DNA of 64,000 bases, taken from positions 64,001-128,000 of the forward strand of contig JAVZNC010000001.1 in assembly GCA_038882955.1 (NCBI GenBank), given 5' to 3'. The notes under the pieces are model-generated. The model saw only the letters and a program-made list of their open reading frames with translations. It did no database searches and was not told the origin of the DNA. The translations under genes were made by a program, and so were the position numbers. Origin of the DNA: Candidatus Bathyarchaeia archaeon (lineage in GTDB: Archaea; Thermoproteota; Bathyarchaeia; Bathyarchaeales; Bathycorpusculaceae). Shown here piece by piece: positions 39,356-49,398 of the stretch; the stretch's first letter is position 1, and every line of letters begins with the position of its first letter.

Positions 39356-41200
39356 TTAGGCCCATTCGGCTAGTATGTCCACAGGCACTGGAGTGAATGG
39401 TCCGCTTACGACTGTTCCGCCGTTGGCTGGCCAGTCGTTTAGTACGCCTACGATTATTTTGGCTTGTCCTGCTCTTGCCCATTTGACCACGTGAATGCTT
39501 ACTGTTTCTCTGAAGTTCTTGTAGCTGCAGTATTGGGCTCCGCCTACTGATGTTTCTACGTAGATGAAGCCGAAGGGTACGCCTGTTTCATCTAGAACTG
39601 TGACTGACAGTATTACGTCGTAGTGTTGCATTGCGTAGGATTTGAATTCAACTGTTATGTTCATGTATTCGCAGTGGGCGTATTTGGTTTTGTCTGTTGT
39701 TACTTTGACTATGCGGACTAGGTAGTCGTATTTGAAGGTTAACGTGTCGTTCACAATTGTGCATGCAACATCAACTGTTCCTATTACTGTCCATTCTCCG
39801 AAGTAGTATTCTGGGTCGTCGCATGGCCACGGCAGCCTAAAGAAGGCTTCTGCTATGCCCGTGGCGTTTGTTCTCGCGTAGATTACTGTGTATGTGTCGC
39901 CGTGGGGGTCGATAATTTGGAAGGCTACATCCTTGTTCTGTTCTGGCCATTCGTTGTATGTTACTTTAGCGTATAGTATTACTTCTTTCTGTGGCCAGAA
40001 CATGTCGCTTGGTTTGCCTATTCCTTGTCCGCCGTATGGGTCTGGATATTGCGTGAATATGTCGATCATTCTGCCTAAAACTTTTGGTCTTATGCTGTAG
40101 GAGCCGTCTACTGGTGGATTTTGTGGGACTGGTTGAGCTAGCCAGTTTCCAATTTTAGTGTCGTAGAGATCCAAGACGCAGCTTAAAACTTCTGGGAACA
40201 TTCCTTGTAAGGTAGCGTTGAATTCTATTATGGCGAGCACTCCTGAATCGCTTGGGAACGGCGCATGCCATACACCGTGTGCGTCTGGAAGCACCAAGTC
40301 ACCGAACAGTACATAGTTGGTTCCTATAACATGCATTGGTAATGTGCCTTGGTTCGGTGAAGCCCCAAATGGCTTCAGCCACGGTCCTTCATAAACATTT
40401 AACACTTGAAGTAGTGTATTATTGAACTTCAGTTTGAATTCAAAGCCTACTGCTTCCCATCCGGCGTCCAAATTGTTTATTTTAATGCTTATGTTGAATA
40501 CTTGTCCTAGGGCAGTTGCTTCAAAGCTTGGTGGATCAACCGAGAAGAATGGCTTAATGGTTGGCGGCGACCAGTTAAGCCTGTAATAGCCATTTATCAC
40601 AGTGTGCGGAATAGGCTTTCCAGCTATGTCACCAGGCTTACTAACTGTTATATTAAGAACACAATCAACAAAACCCTCAGCCATTGTTGGAACTTTCTTA
40701 ACTTTTAGGGTTATTATTGCTGCTGCTAGTTTTCCTTCTGGGTAGCCTTCAGCCAGAGTTATATTTATGGGCGCATAGCCCAGGTCTTTGGCTCTTGTTA
40801 AGTTCTTGTAGGTATAGGCGTACCAGACGTGGTCTGCTGCCACTTCGTGAGACAGTTGCCATATGTTTCCTGTCTCACCGGGCGGTGTAACTGTTTTGAA
40901 GAGGTTTTCAGTCATGTCGACGCCTTCAAGTAATGCTGGGTCCCAGTAAAGTTTGAACTCGAAACCGCCAATGTTAGTCATGTTTGCGATGGCGACGCTT
41001 ACTGTGAAGGTATCGCCCACTCCAAGGTATGGTGGTGGAAATATGTTGTTTGTTGGATCTACGAGAACTAGGGCCCCGTCTGTTGCGTATGTTGGAAGGA
41101 CGTTTGCGAATCCCAAGATCATCATTGAAGTCAAGAAGAGCGCTATTGCTTTTAGAATTCTATTCTTCATTTTTGTTTTCTCCCTTCTCCATTCGTTCAA
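39356..41200 (-). CDS. Two-cohesin protein + IDxFTQ module, no TM or dockerin
   Basis: Signal peptide (probable start MKNRIL); GGFEFKLYWDPALL and VGFEFKLKFNNTLL cohesin motifs; C-terminal half homologous to the N-terminal part of 34349..36388. Confidence 0.82.
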   Translation of the reverse strand: MNEWRREKTKMKNRILKAIALFLTSMMILGFANVLPTYATDGALVLVDPTNNIFPPPYLGVGDTFTVSVAIANMTNIGGFEFKLYWDPALLEGVDMTENLFKTVTPPGETGNIWQLSHEVAADHVWYAYTYKNLTRAKDLGYAPINITLAEGYPEGKLAAAIITLKVKKVPTMAEGFVDCVLNITVSKPGDIAGKPIPHTVINGYYRLNWSPPTIKPFFSVDPPSFEATALGQVFNISIKINNLDAGWEAVGFEFKLKFNNTLLQVLNVYEGPWLKPFGASPNQGTLPMHVIGTNYVLFGDLVLPDAHGVWHAPFPSDSGVLAIIEFNATLQGMFPEVLSCVLDLYDTKIGNWLAQPVPQNPPVDGSYSIRPKVLGRMIDIFTQYPDPYGGQGIGKPSDMFWPQKEVILYAKVTYNEWPEQNKDVAFQIIDPHGDTYTVIYARTNATGIAEAFFRLPWPCDDPEYYFGEWTVIGTVDVACTIVNDTLTFKYDYLVRIVKVTTDKTKYAHCEYMNITVEFKSYAMQHYDVILSVTVLDETGVPFGFIYVETSVGGAQYCSYKNFRETVSIHVVKWARAGQAKIIVGVLNDWPANGGTVVSGPFTPVPVDILAEWA

Positions 41201-41233
41201 TAGATTATTTGCAGTTTCTAAATTTAAAGATTC

Positions 41234-41248
41234 TGGAATTATGTTCTA
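41234..41248 (-). promoter_or_regulatory. Shared operator copy 5 (TGGAA TTATG TTCTA)
   Basis: 5 nt upstream of TTTAAAT. Confidence 0.65.
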
Positions 41249-41332
41249 TTCAAGTGTCAATAATTTGCATAAACGCAAATGCTGCTTTCAATATTGTGAA
41301 ATCGAAAAAAAGGGGGGGTTGGGAATTATTTC

Positions 41333-44029
41333 TTATGGTATGCTACCGCCGAAGTTGCCTGCTAAGATGATTGCGTCGAAAATGTCTATGACTCCGTCGC
41401 CGTTCAGATCGCAGAGTGGATCATAGTTGGATGCTCCAGTCACAGCTCCGAATGAGCCGGCGAATGTTATTGCGTCGAAAATGTCAACTTCGCCTGAACC
41501 GTCGATGTCGCCAATCAGTTCCTTTGCCCTAACGAGGTAGGGGCTGAATTGCTGGTTGTTGGCTGTGTTTGGATCGACGACGGTTTCACCTGTTGCTCCA
41601 GCAACAGGGCTTGTGTACAATGAGATATTCCATAGTCCTTCAGACATCGTTCCATCTTCGTACCACACAACTTGCTCGCTGTCTGATCCTCCAGGAGTTA
41701 TTATTCGCACGATGTCTACTGGAATGTAAGTTTGCGTTGGATCCTCAAGGTTTACCCTTCTCAGACAGTAGTAGACAAGCACGGATCCGGCAGTTCCAGA
41801 CAGGTACTTTACGCTTAGAGTGTAGTTGATTTTTGCTGGGTTGCCGCCGAGGCGCATTTCACCTAGGTAGACTTGTATTAGCGGGTAGACGGTTGTTGTG
41901 TTCACTATTGTGTCAGCAGCTGAGATATCTGCCTCGTAAACGGTTCCAACAGCTGCCTTCCATATCGTGTAGACGAAGAGTCCTGGGCTTATCGGGTTCA
42001 TGTTGAATGTCTTGTCGTAGCCGTGAATCCATGTTCTTTCGTAGTGGCGTCCAACTGTTACGCCCAGCGGGAGCTGTGTTGCCTCTGCGTAGTATATGTC
42101 CATAAGCTCGTTGTAGACTTTCTCCCTAAGTTCAGGAGCCAAGCCTACACCGACGTCGATTAGGTGGGCAACATAGCTGTTGTTTATTGCTGAAACGTAT
42201 TCGCCTAGAGCGTTTGTGTATGGCGGTGGACCATAAGATGCACCTTTATACCAGTTCTCCGCCAGCGAAGTTGGGTCTAAGCCGTAAGTTACATTTTGTC
42301 TTCCACAGTACGTTCCCAGTGGGTGCATGAAGGGCTGGAACCAGTTGTGCGGGTCTGGGAAGTCAGCCAACCAACCCACCGTGAAGAACGTATACATGCG
42401 GGTCCTCATGCCAGGCAAGTATGTTGACCATGGCTCTCCTTTTACTATAATGTCAACTTTAGTTCCAGCAGGCCATGGGATGTAGTTTTCAATGTAGTAT
42501 TCAAGCATCTCAGCAGCAGTTTGCCTCACCACGTTGCCGATGTTATAGACAAGTGTTATGGTCATTCCTTCGTTCCAGACGCGTCCACCCCAAGCTTTCT
42601 GGAAGTATTCTGCTGCCTTGGTTAGGTTGATGTCGTAGACTGGTTTTGATTCGTTGTAGTATGCTGTGCCTGGAGGCATGCATACTGGCGGGTGTATTGC
42701 CTCGCCCAGGTAGACATCTTGAATGTATTTGGTGAAGTTGAAGCAGTATATGAAGCCGAGTCTCAAATATCTGTCTGAGAATATGTCTAGTTTGACTTCT
42801 GTTCCAAGTTTCGGCGGATACGGAGTGTTTGGATTCACTGTGAATGTGAAGTAAAAGGCATCCAATACTGGTGTAACGATCTTCATTAGCCTGAAACCTG
42901 GCAGTGTTGGGCCGTCTTTGTTTCCGTCAACGTGTAGTTCTGGGCAGTTCATTCTTGGGACGGCGCAGAAGTCTGCCTGTAGGGCGGGGTCTGTTGAGAA
43001 GAACTGTGCCTTTCTGTTGCTCCATTCCTCAACGCTTTTAACAGTTGCATATGTCGCATAGCCTCCAGCGGGAACACCGTCCGTGAAGAACTCTGCTGGA
43101 GCTGGCCAACCGCGCCAGTATCCATCGAACTTCTCAAGGGTGAAGTATCCGGTGTGTGGGTCTGGGTCCATGGCTTTTAGTTTGTATGGGCCTGTTCCCA
43201 TTGCCATAGGTGCTGGTTCCATTAGTGGACCTGGTTCTGGCGGGTCCCATGTGCGTTTGAATTCTGCATAGGCTTGGTCTGAGGTCCATCCGTATGTTTC
43301 GACGAGCGTCTTGTTCCATAGGCCTTTTTCTTCACACCACCTTCTGCACATGACTTCTGACCATGTTTGGCTTAGGATTTGCTGGAAGGGCGCGTAAGGC
43401 TGCTTTAGGTTGAACCAGACGTGTGTAGAGTTGCTCTCTATAGCGCCGTCTATGTCCAACGCCAAAGCAATATATTCCGTTTTACTAAGATCGCCATCCC
43501 CGTCAAGGTCATATTCATATGAAGTGTCGCACTTTAGAAGAGGCTCGTAAAGCATCCACATTGGACCAGCAGTGTGATCCATGAGCATACCACGCTCAAA
43601 AGAGTATTCAACGTCCTCCGGCGTCACATAACCATAGGTGGAAATCTGCCATGGAACATTTGGCCTAATATGGAAGTACCATGTTTCAACAGTGCCCGCA
43701 GGCGCACTTGGATCCGGAGGAGACGGTATTATGGCGTTTCCAGGCGCAGTGCCAAGACCAGGCCAGTCATCAGCAATCGCAGGAAGGAACGAAGCAGCAT
43801 CAGTCACATTGAAGATGCATAATGGCTCATAAATGTTCTGAATGAGTGTACCACTAGCTGTATCGTAAGCCCAGTGAGGATCAACAGTCTCAGGCATACC
43901 AATCGTAACAAAGTATATGTGGTCGGGGTTTGGTATTCCTTGTCCTCTAACAACAGAGATGGGAATCATTGTACCTACTAGAAAAGTCAACAGCAGAACA
44001 AATAGGATTTTTCGATTCATTTTCTCCAT
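41333..44029 (-). CDS. Family 5 (oligopeptide-type) ABC substrate-binding protein with C-terminal dockerin
   Basis: PETVDPHWAYD, NIYEPL, TPEDVEYSFER, GTGPYKL, GWLADFPDP; ends GDIDGSGEVDIFD...DLNGDGVIDIFD with no TM. Confidence 0.9.
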   Translation of the reverse strand: MEKMNRKILFVLLLTFLVGTMIPISVVRGQGIPNPDHIYFVTIGMPETVDPHWAYDTASGTLIQNIYEPLCIFNVTDAASFLPAIADDWPGLGTAPGNAIIPSPPDPSAPAGTVETWYFHIRPNVPWQISTYGYVTPEDVEYSFERGMLMDHTAGPMWMLYEPLLKCDTSYEYDLDGDGDLSKTEYIALALDIDGAIESNSTHVWFNLKQPYAPFQQILSQTWSEVMCRRWCEEKGLWNKTLVETYGWTSDQAYAEFKRTWDPPEPGPLMEPAPMAMGTGPYKLKAMDPDPHTGYFTLEKFDGYWRGWPAPAEFFTDGVPAGGYATYATVKSVEEWSNRKAQFFSTDPALQADFCAVPRMNCPELHVDGNKDGPTLPGFRLMKIVTPVLDAFYFTFTVNPNTPYPPKLGTEVKLDIFSDRYLRLGFIYCFNFTKYIQDVYLGEAIHPPVCMPPGTAYYNESKPVYDINLTKAAEYFQKAWGGRVWNEGMTITLVYNIGNVVRQTAAEMLEYYIENYIPWPAGTKVDIIVKGEPWSTYLPGMRTRMYTFFTVGWLADFPDPHNWFQPFMHPLGTYCGRQNVTYGLDPTSLAENWYKGASYGPPPYTNALGEYVSAINNSYVAHLIDVGVGLAPELREKVYNELMDIYYAEATQLPLGVTVGRHYERTWIHGYDKTFNMNPISPGLFVYTIWKAAVGTVYEADISAADTIVNTTTVYPLIQVYLGEMRLGGNPAKINYTLSVKYLSGTAGSVLVYYCLRRVNLEDPTQTYIPVDIVRIITPGGSDSEQVVWYEDGTMSEGLWNISLYTSPVAGATGETVVDPNTANNQQFSPYLVRAKELIGDIDGSGEVDIFDAITFAGSFGAVTGASNYDPLCDLNGDGVIDIFDAIILAGNFGGSIP

Positions 44030-44084
44030 TTCTCCCTTTTCTTATCGCAAATTAATATGTCACAACTCTAATATTTAATTCTTA

Positions 44085-44099
44085 TGGAACTAATCTCTA
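44085..44099 (-). promoter_or_regulatory. Shared operator copy 6 (TGGAA CTAAT CTCTA)
   Basis: One mismatch; 5 nt upstream of ATTAAAT in the divergent SBP/dppB intergenic region. Confidence 0.55.
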
Positions 44100-44178
44100 G
44101 CACATCAACCGTATAAAACTCCCTCATATAAATCGACAAAGTTATAAATATCCAACAAATCCATTTCAAAAAGGAGGG

Positions 44179-45234
44179 GTGAGGAGCGTGGGCTTAAAAG
44201 AATATATAATAAGGAGAGTAATATTGGTCATACCAACCCTGTTAGGCGTAATTTTATTAATATTCGCAGTTTCACAATTATTCACACCAGAACAAAGAGC
44301 AAGCCTTTACATAACAAACGAAAAACAACTTCAACAAGTCGAAAACATCATCAGAATATATCACCTAAACGAATCAGTGCTGGTACAACTATCAGACTGG
44401 ATGTCTAAATTATTCCAAGGCAATCTAGGTTTCTCCCACACCTCAAGACTACCAGTTTTGGATACTTTATTAAAAAAGTTGCCAGCCACAGTTGAAGTTG
44501 TAATATGGTGCATTCCCATAATCATTCTATTAGGAATATACCTAGGAATACAGTCAGCTGTTCACAGAGACGGCCCAATAGACCACATAACACGGACACT
44601 AGCAATAATTGGAACATCACTTCCAAGCTTCTGGATAGGCATAATGCTAATTGCAATATTCTTTTCAGGTCTAGGGTGGTTCCCACCAGAAAGAATGAGC
44701 AGCAGTGTTAAAAACTTCATTAATATGTCAGAACAATGGCACTGGTACACAGGATTATTATCAATAGACGGATTATTAAATGGACAATTATGGATAACAC
44801 TAGACCTCCTTAGACACATGGTTTTACCCACGATATCACTCACAATAATCAACATAGCACTAGTCATAAGAGTAATGCGTTCAAGCATGCTAGAAGCTCT
44901 TGGCAAAGGCTACATTGTTGCAGCCAGAGCAAAGGGTCTAAGCAATAAGGAAGTTATAAACAAACACGCAAGAAGAAACGCCTTGATACCCGTAGTCACA
45001 ATTTCAGGACTTCTAACAGCAGGCTTGCTAACAGGAGTCACAATAACTGAAACGGTATTTAACATCGACGGAATAGGAAGATGGGCAGCAACTGCTGCCG
45101 GAGGCGGTGGCTCCGTACCCGACATACCAGGCGTACTTGGCTTTGCCCTCTTTGCAGGAATAGTCTACGTCTTTGCAAACCTCATAGTTGACATATTATA
45201 CGCATACATAGATCCACGAATAAGGTTGGGATGA
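44179..45234 (+). CDS. dppB: Oligopeptide ABC permease (DppB/OppB)
   Basis: GNLGFS, LPSFW, ARAKGL EAA loop, HARRNALIP, DPRIR. Confidence 0.92.
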   Translation: MRSVGLKEYIIRRVILVIPTLLGVILLIFAVSQLFTPEQRASLYITNEKQLQQVENIIRIYHLNESVLVQLSDWMSKLFQGNLGFSHTSRLPVLDTLLKKLPATVEVVIWCIPIIILLGIYLGIQSAVHRDGPIDHITRTLAIIGTSLPSFWIGIMLIAIFFSGLGWFPPERMSSSVKNFINMSEQWHWYTGLLSIDGLLNGQLWITLDLLRHMVLPTISLTIINIALVIRVMRSSMLEALGKGYIVAARAKGLSNKEVINKHARRNALIPVVTISGLLTAGLLTGVTITETVFNIDGIGRWAATAAGGGGSVPDIPGVLGFALFAGIVYVFANLIVDILYAYIDPRIRLG

Positions 45235-45235
45235 G

Positions 45236-46408
45236 ATGAGCACAAAAACAGGCCTTAAATATAGAATACAAGAATTTAGAAGAGGGTTAGGACCAGCAAA
45301 AAAGGAACTGCTCTTCACTCTAAGAAGAATAAAAAAGAGCCCCCTATCAATAGTGGGCTTATTAATAGTAGCATTCTATGCTATGATAGCAATACTTGCA
45401 CCTGTGATAGCTCCACCAGTAAATCCTGACCCATTCAGAATTTGGCGTGACGGTTTCAGCGCAATTCCAAAACCCCCAGGCACTCCAGTTACAGACGATG
45501 TGGCATTGCGGGTCGGATGGACGGTTCATTACTTCGGTGTAGCAGAAGGAGGCTACGACATCTTCTATGGATGCATTTGGGGAACGATAACAGCCTTCAG
45601 AGTAGGCGCAATGGTAGTTGTAATATCACTTGCAATAGGAATTTTATTAGGATGCCTTGCCGGATACTACGGCGGAATAATCGACGAGATATTGATGCGT
45701 TTCACAGATATAATTCTAGCATTTCCGGGACTAATACTCGCTATGGCCCTTGTTATAGCCTTACCACCAATTTGGAACTTGGACGTAGGACTGCTGGGCA
45801 CGGCAGCTCTGATATTTTTAATTCACGCAGTTGCCTGTTACATTTTAAAAATAAAAAGTACTATTTGGATAAGCTTCATTAGTCTCATTGGTTTTCTAAT
45901 ATTATATATTTGGGCCTTAAATTCTCCATCTATAGCAATTATAACTTTAGATGTAAGCCAACTTGATAAAGTTCTAATAGCACTAGCTATCGTTGGATGG
46001 CCAGGCTACACACGAGTAATCAGAGGAGAAATTTTACGAGTAAAACAAGAAGATTATATAGAAGCTGCCAAAGCCATAGGATGTTCGGATGCCAGAATAA
46101 TTTTGAAACACATAATTCCAAACGCGATTTACCCAATAGTGATAATGGCCTCTCTTGACATAGGATCTATAGTCTTAACAGCAGCAGCACTAAGCTTTCT
46201 TGGAATAGGCGCTCCGCCAGGCTACGCAGACTGGGGACAAATGATAAGCTTTGCAAGAAACTGGATCTGGGCAGGATTCCAAGATCCGTGGAAATATTGG
46301 TACACATTCACAATACCAGGCATATTCATTTTTACATTCGTATTGGGATGGAACTTGCTAGGAGACGCTTTTAGAGACATATTAGATCCAACGCTCAGGA
46401 GGAGATAA
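45236..46408 (+). CDS. dppC: Oligopeptide ABC permease (DppC/OppC)
   Basis: MRFTDIILAFP, YIEAAKAIG, LSFLGIG, NLLGDAFRDILDP. Confidence 0.92.
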   Translation: MSTKTGLKYRIQEFRRGLGPAKKELLFTLRRIKKSPLSIVGLLIVAFYAMIAILAPVIAPPVNPDPFRIWRDGFSAIPKPPGTPVTDDVALRVGWTVHYFGVAEGGYDIFYGCIWGTITAFRVGAMVVVISLAIGILLGCLAGYYGGIIDEILMRFTDIILAFPGLILAMALVIALPPIWNLDVGLLGTAALIFLIHAVACYILKIKSTIWISFISLIGFLILYIWALNSPSIAIITLDVSQLDKVLIALAIVGWPGYTRVIRGEILRVKQEDYIEAAKAIGCSDARIILKHIIPNAIYPIVIMASLDIGSIVLTAAALSFLGIGAPPGYADWGQMISFARNWIWAGFQDPWKYWYTFTIPGIFIFTFVLGWNLLGDAFRDILDPTLRRR

Positions 46409-46409
46409 A

Positions 46410-47549
46410 ATGTCGGAAGAAATCCTTCAAATAGATGATCTTCAACTAAAGTTTTATACATACGAGGGAGTTGTTGAAGCTCTAGACGGAGTCAAAATAA
46501 ATCTCAAAAAAGGAGAAACGTTAGGCATAGTCGGTGAAACTGGATGTGGAAAATCAGTCACTGGACTTTCAGTTATGGCAATAGTACTACCCCCAGGAAA
46601 GATAGAAGGTGGACAAATAATCTTCAATGTAAAAGGACGAGCCATAAATCTGCTAAACTTAAGAGACTCCGTACTGAGGAAAATCAGAGGAAAATATATT
46701 TCAATGATATTCCAAGATCCCAGATCCGCTTTGAATCCCGTTTATACAGCCGGAGATCAAATAATTGAAACTCTTCTTAAACATAAGATTAAAGAACTCG
46801 CCGAAAAAGCGATAGAAGAACTAGATAAGGAGACACAGAACAAAAAAGCAAATTTTCTAACAAAATACTATAGAAATAATTTACAAAAAATGATACTGAA
46901 TCCAAAGGCTCTTAGTTTAAAAATCACTTCAAAAATTCCTTTACTTAACAGATATAAAAAATTACTATTTAAACAAGCAAAAAAAGAAGCCGTTAGAATG
47001 CTTAGACTAATGCGAATACCCGACCCTGAAAGAGTCGTAGACATGCATCCTCATGAACTCAGCGGAGGAATGGCACAACGCGTAGTAATAGCAATGGCAC
47101 TCGCATGCAACCCAGAAGTACTGATAGCAGACGAACCTACTACAAATCTTGACGTGACAGTTCAACTTCAAATACTAAACCTATTAAGAGAACTAAGACA
47201 ACAATTCTCTTCATCCATCATTTACGTAACGCATGATATGGGTGTAGTGGCGGAAATGTGTGACCGCGTTGCAGTCATGTACGCTGGAAACGTTGTGGAA
47301 ACAGCTGATGTATTTGAACTCTTTAAAAACCCACTGCACCCATACACAAAAGGATTATTGGAATCGATACCAAGACCAGGACACCCATTCAAGTCTATTG
47401 AAGGCACTGTTCCTAGCCTAATAGATCCACCTAAAGGCTGCCGATTCCACAACAGATGCCAATACGCCATGGAAATATGTACTAGAGTTAAACCTAAAAT
47501 AATTGACGTTGGAAGAAATCACTTTGTTCAATGCTTCTTATACCAATAA
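46410..47549 (+). CDS. dppD: Oligopeptide ABC ATPase (DppD/OppD)
   Basis: [34 protein letters not shown]. Confidence 0.93.
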   Translation: MSEEILQIDDLQLKFYTYEGVVEALDGVKINLKKGETLGIVGETGCGKSVTGLSVMAIVLPPGKIEGGQIIFNVKGRAINLLNLRDSVLRKIRGKYISMIFQDPRSALNPVYTAGDQIIETLLKHKIKELAEKAIEELDKETQNKKANFLTKYYRNNLQKMILNPKALSLKITSKIPLLNRYKKLLFKQAKKEAVRMLRLMRIPDPERVVDMHPHELSGGMAQRVVIAMALACNPEVLIADEPTTNLDVTVQLQILNLLRELRQQFSSSIIYVTHDMGVVAEMCDRVAVMYAGNVVETADVFELFKNPLHPYTKGLLESIPRPGHPFKSIEGTVPSLIDPPKGCRFHNRCQYAMEICTRVKPKIIDVGRNHFVQCFLYQ

Positions 47550-48609
47550 AGATGTGAGAACAATGAAAACATTAATAGAAGTAAGAAGATTGAAGAAATA
47601 CTTCCCAGTTTTAGGAGGAGTCCTAAGAAGGAAAATTGCTGATGTTAAAGCTGTAGACGATGTAAGTTTCACAATATTCAAAGGAGAATGCTTTGGTCTA
47701 GTAGGAGAATCTGGTTGCGGAAAAACCACGCTTGGCAAAACAACAATTCGCTTACATGATCCAACCGCCGGCAGCATATACTTTGATGTCCCAGAAGACA
47801 TCATAAAAGAGATAGAGGAACTAGAAAGAAATGATCCAAAATCTCATAGATTAAAAGAGTTAAGAAGAAGATATGATCTTGCAACGTACAGGGGAGCAAT
47901 GCTTGCTAGCATGAGAAGAAGAATGCAAATAGTGTATCAAGATCCAACAACATCGTTAAATCCGAGGATGCTTGTGAAAGACATCGTTGCAGAACCACTA
48001 ATTGTACAAGGACTCGCCAAAGGTTTGGAAGCAAGAAAAAGAGTTTTAGAGATCCTAAATAGGGTAGGATTAACAGAAAGACACCTATATCGATATCCAC
48101 ATGAATTTAGTGGTGGGCAGAGGCAGAGAATAGCAGTAGCAAGGGCGCTGGTGACTAACCCTGACTTTATAGTGTTAGATGAACCCACATCCTCTGTAGA
48201 CGTGTCGGTTCGCGCCCAGCTACTAAATCTGTTTCAGAATTTACAAAAAGATTTGAACTTAACATACGTATTCATAAGTCATGACTTAAGCGTTGTCGAA
48301 TGCATAGCGCAAAGGGTAGCAGTTATGTATCTTGGGAAGATCGTGGAAGTAACACAAACAGAGGAACTATTCAAAAATCCTCTTCATCCATATGCTCAAG
48401 CATTGTTTTCGGCAATACCAATTCCAGATCCTACTATCAAAAGAAAACCAATAATGCTTACGGGAGAGGTGCCTAGCCCAGTTAATCCTCCTACGGGTTG
48501 TAGATTCCACCCAAGATGTCAATACGCCATGGACATGTGCAGCAAAGAAGAACCACCACTTAAGGACGTTGGAAATAACCATTTAGTAGCTTGCTTTGCA
48601 GTCGATTAA
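47503..48609 (+). CDS. dppF: Oligopeptide ABC ATPase (DppF/OppF)
   Basis: [29 protein letters not shown]; start probably at MKTLIEV. Confidence 0.93.
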   Translation: MTLEEITLFNASYTNKDVRTMKTLIEVRRLKKYFPVLGGVLRRKIADVKAVDDVSFTIFKGECFGLVGESGCGKTTLGKTTIRLHDPTAGSIYFDVPEDIIKEIEELERNDPKSHRLKELRRRYDLATYRGAMLASMRRRMQIVYQDPTTSLNPRMLVKDIVAEPLIVQGLAKGLEARKRVLEILNRVGLTERHLYRYPHEFSGGQRQRIAVARALVTNPDFIVLDEPTSSVDVSVRAQLLNLFQNLQKDLNLTYVFISHDLSVVECIAQRVAVMYLGKIVEVTQTEELFKNPLHPYAQALFSAIPIPDPTIKRKPIMLTGEVPSPVNPPTGCRFHPRCQYAMDMCSKEEPPLKDVGNNHLVACFAVD

Positions 48610-48703
48610 AAGACTTATTATTTTCTATCTGTCAGTGTTAAATCTACAATTTTCATAAAGTATTTATTACCGTAAAAACAAAAATTGATGGGGGGATAAC
48701 GAA

Positions 48704-48961
48704 GTGGTTAGCAGCGTACTAGTAGAAATCTTATGTCCCCAACACGGTCTTGAACGATTCAAAATTAAAGTGATTAGAAAATTTAACATGGCATCTAATG
48801 ATATAGTACCGAAAACAAGAAGCAGACCAAAACCTAAGGAAATAAGTGCCTTGTACATCGGTAGAAACGTTAGTTATAATGAGGTTAAAGAGTACTTGGT
48901 TAACTATTTTGAACAGAGGGGCGTCATAAAGGACATAATTATGATGCGGATGCTTACGTAA
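48704..48961 (+). CDS. Small basic hypothetical protein
   Basis: 85-aa ORF with CPQHG motif; GGGGG SD-like tract upstream. Confidence 0.65.
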   Translation: MVSSVLVEILCPQHGLERFKIKVIRKFNMASNDIVPKTRSRPKPKEISALYIGRNVSYNEVKEYLVNYFEQRGVIKDIIMMRMLT

Positions 48962-48989
48962 AATTACTACATTTGAAAGGTTTCAGATT

Positions 48990-49379
48990 ATGGAAAAAAA
49001 GTGGGTGGACAGGCAAATTTCGCTTGCAACATTAACAGCCCGAATTGGAGAATTTCTTAAGGATAAAGATTTTGAAGCAATAAAAGGACAAACAAGTGAA
49101 GGTTACCAGATTTTTGCTGGTAACTCTCCACGTTTTAAAATTGATGGATATATAAATGTAGCAATTAGGGGAGAACCAAACAATTTTAGCGTGAAATTTG
49201 AACATTGTAACACTCGTAAAAAGTTTTTTCCTGTCTTGTTCTCTACATTGATCTTTGGGGGATACCCTCTCTTACGAAGCATGAAATCCACGGAGGATTG
49301 GATAAAGTTAGAAAGGGATTTTTGGACGTACGTAGACAACACTATTCTTCAACTAACTGGTTCAGAAAACCAGTTATAA
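48990..49379 (+). CDS. Hypothetical protein
   Basis: 129-aa ORF with a short hydrophobic segment. Confidence 0.7.
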   Translation: MEKKWVDRQISLATLTARIGEFLKDKDFEAIKGQTSEGYQIFAGNSPRFKIDGYINVAIRGEPNNFSVKFEHCNTRKKFFPVLFSTLIFGGYPLLRSMKSTEDWIKLERDFWTYVDNTILQLTGSENQL

Positions 49380-49398
49380 AACAATAAAAACCAGTGAG

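Noticed and set aside
30485-40915. Near-identical repeat pair as the template/variable repeat of a diversity-generating retroelement
   Set aside because: Mismatches are not adenine-specific, both copies are inside genes, and no reverse transcriptase is in the window
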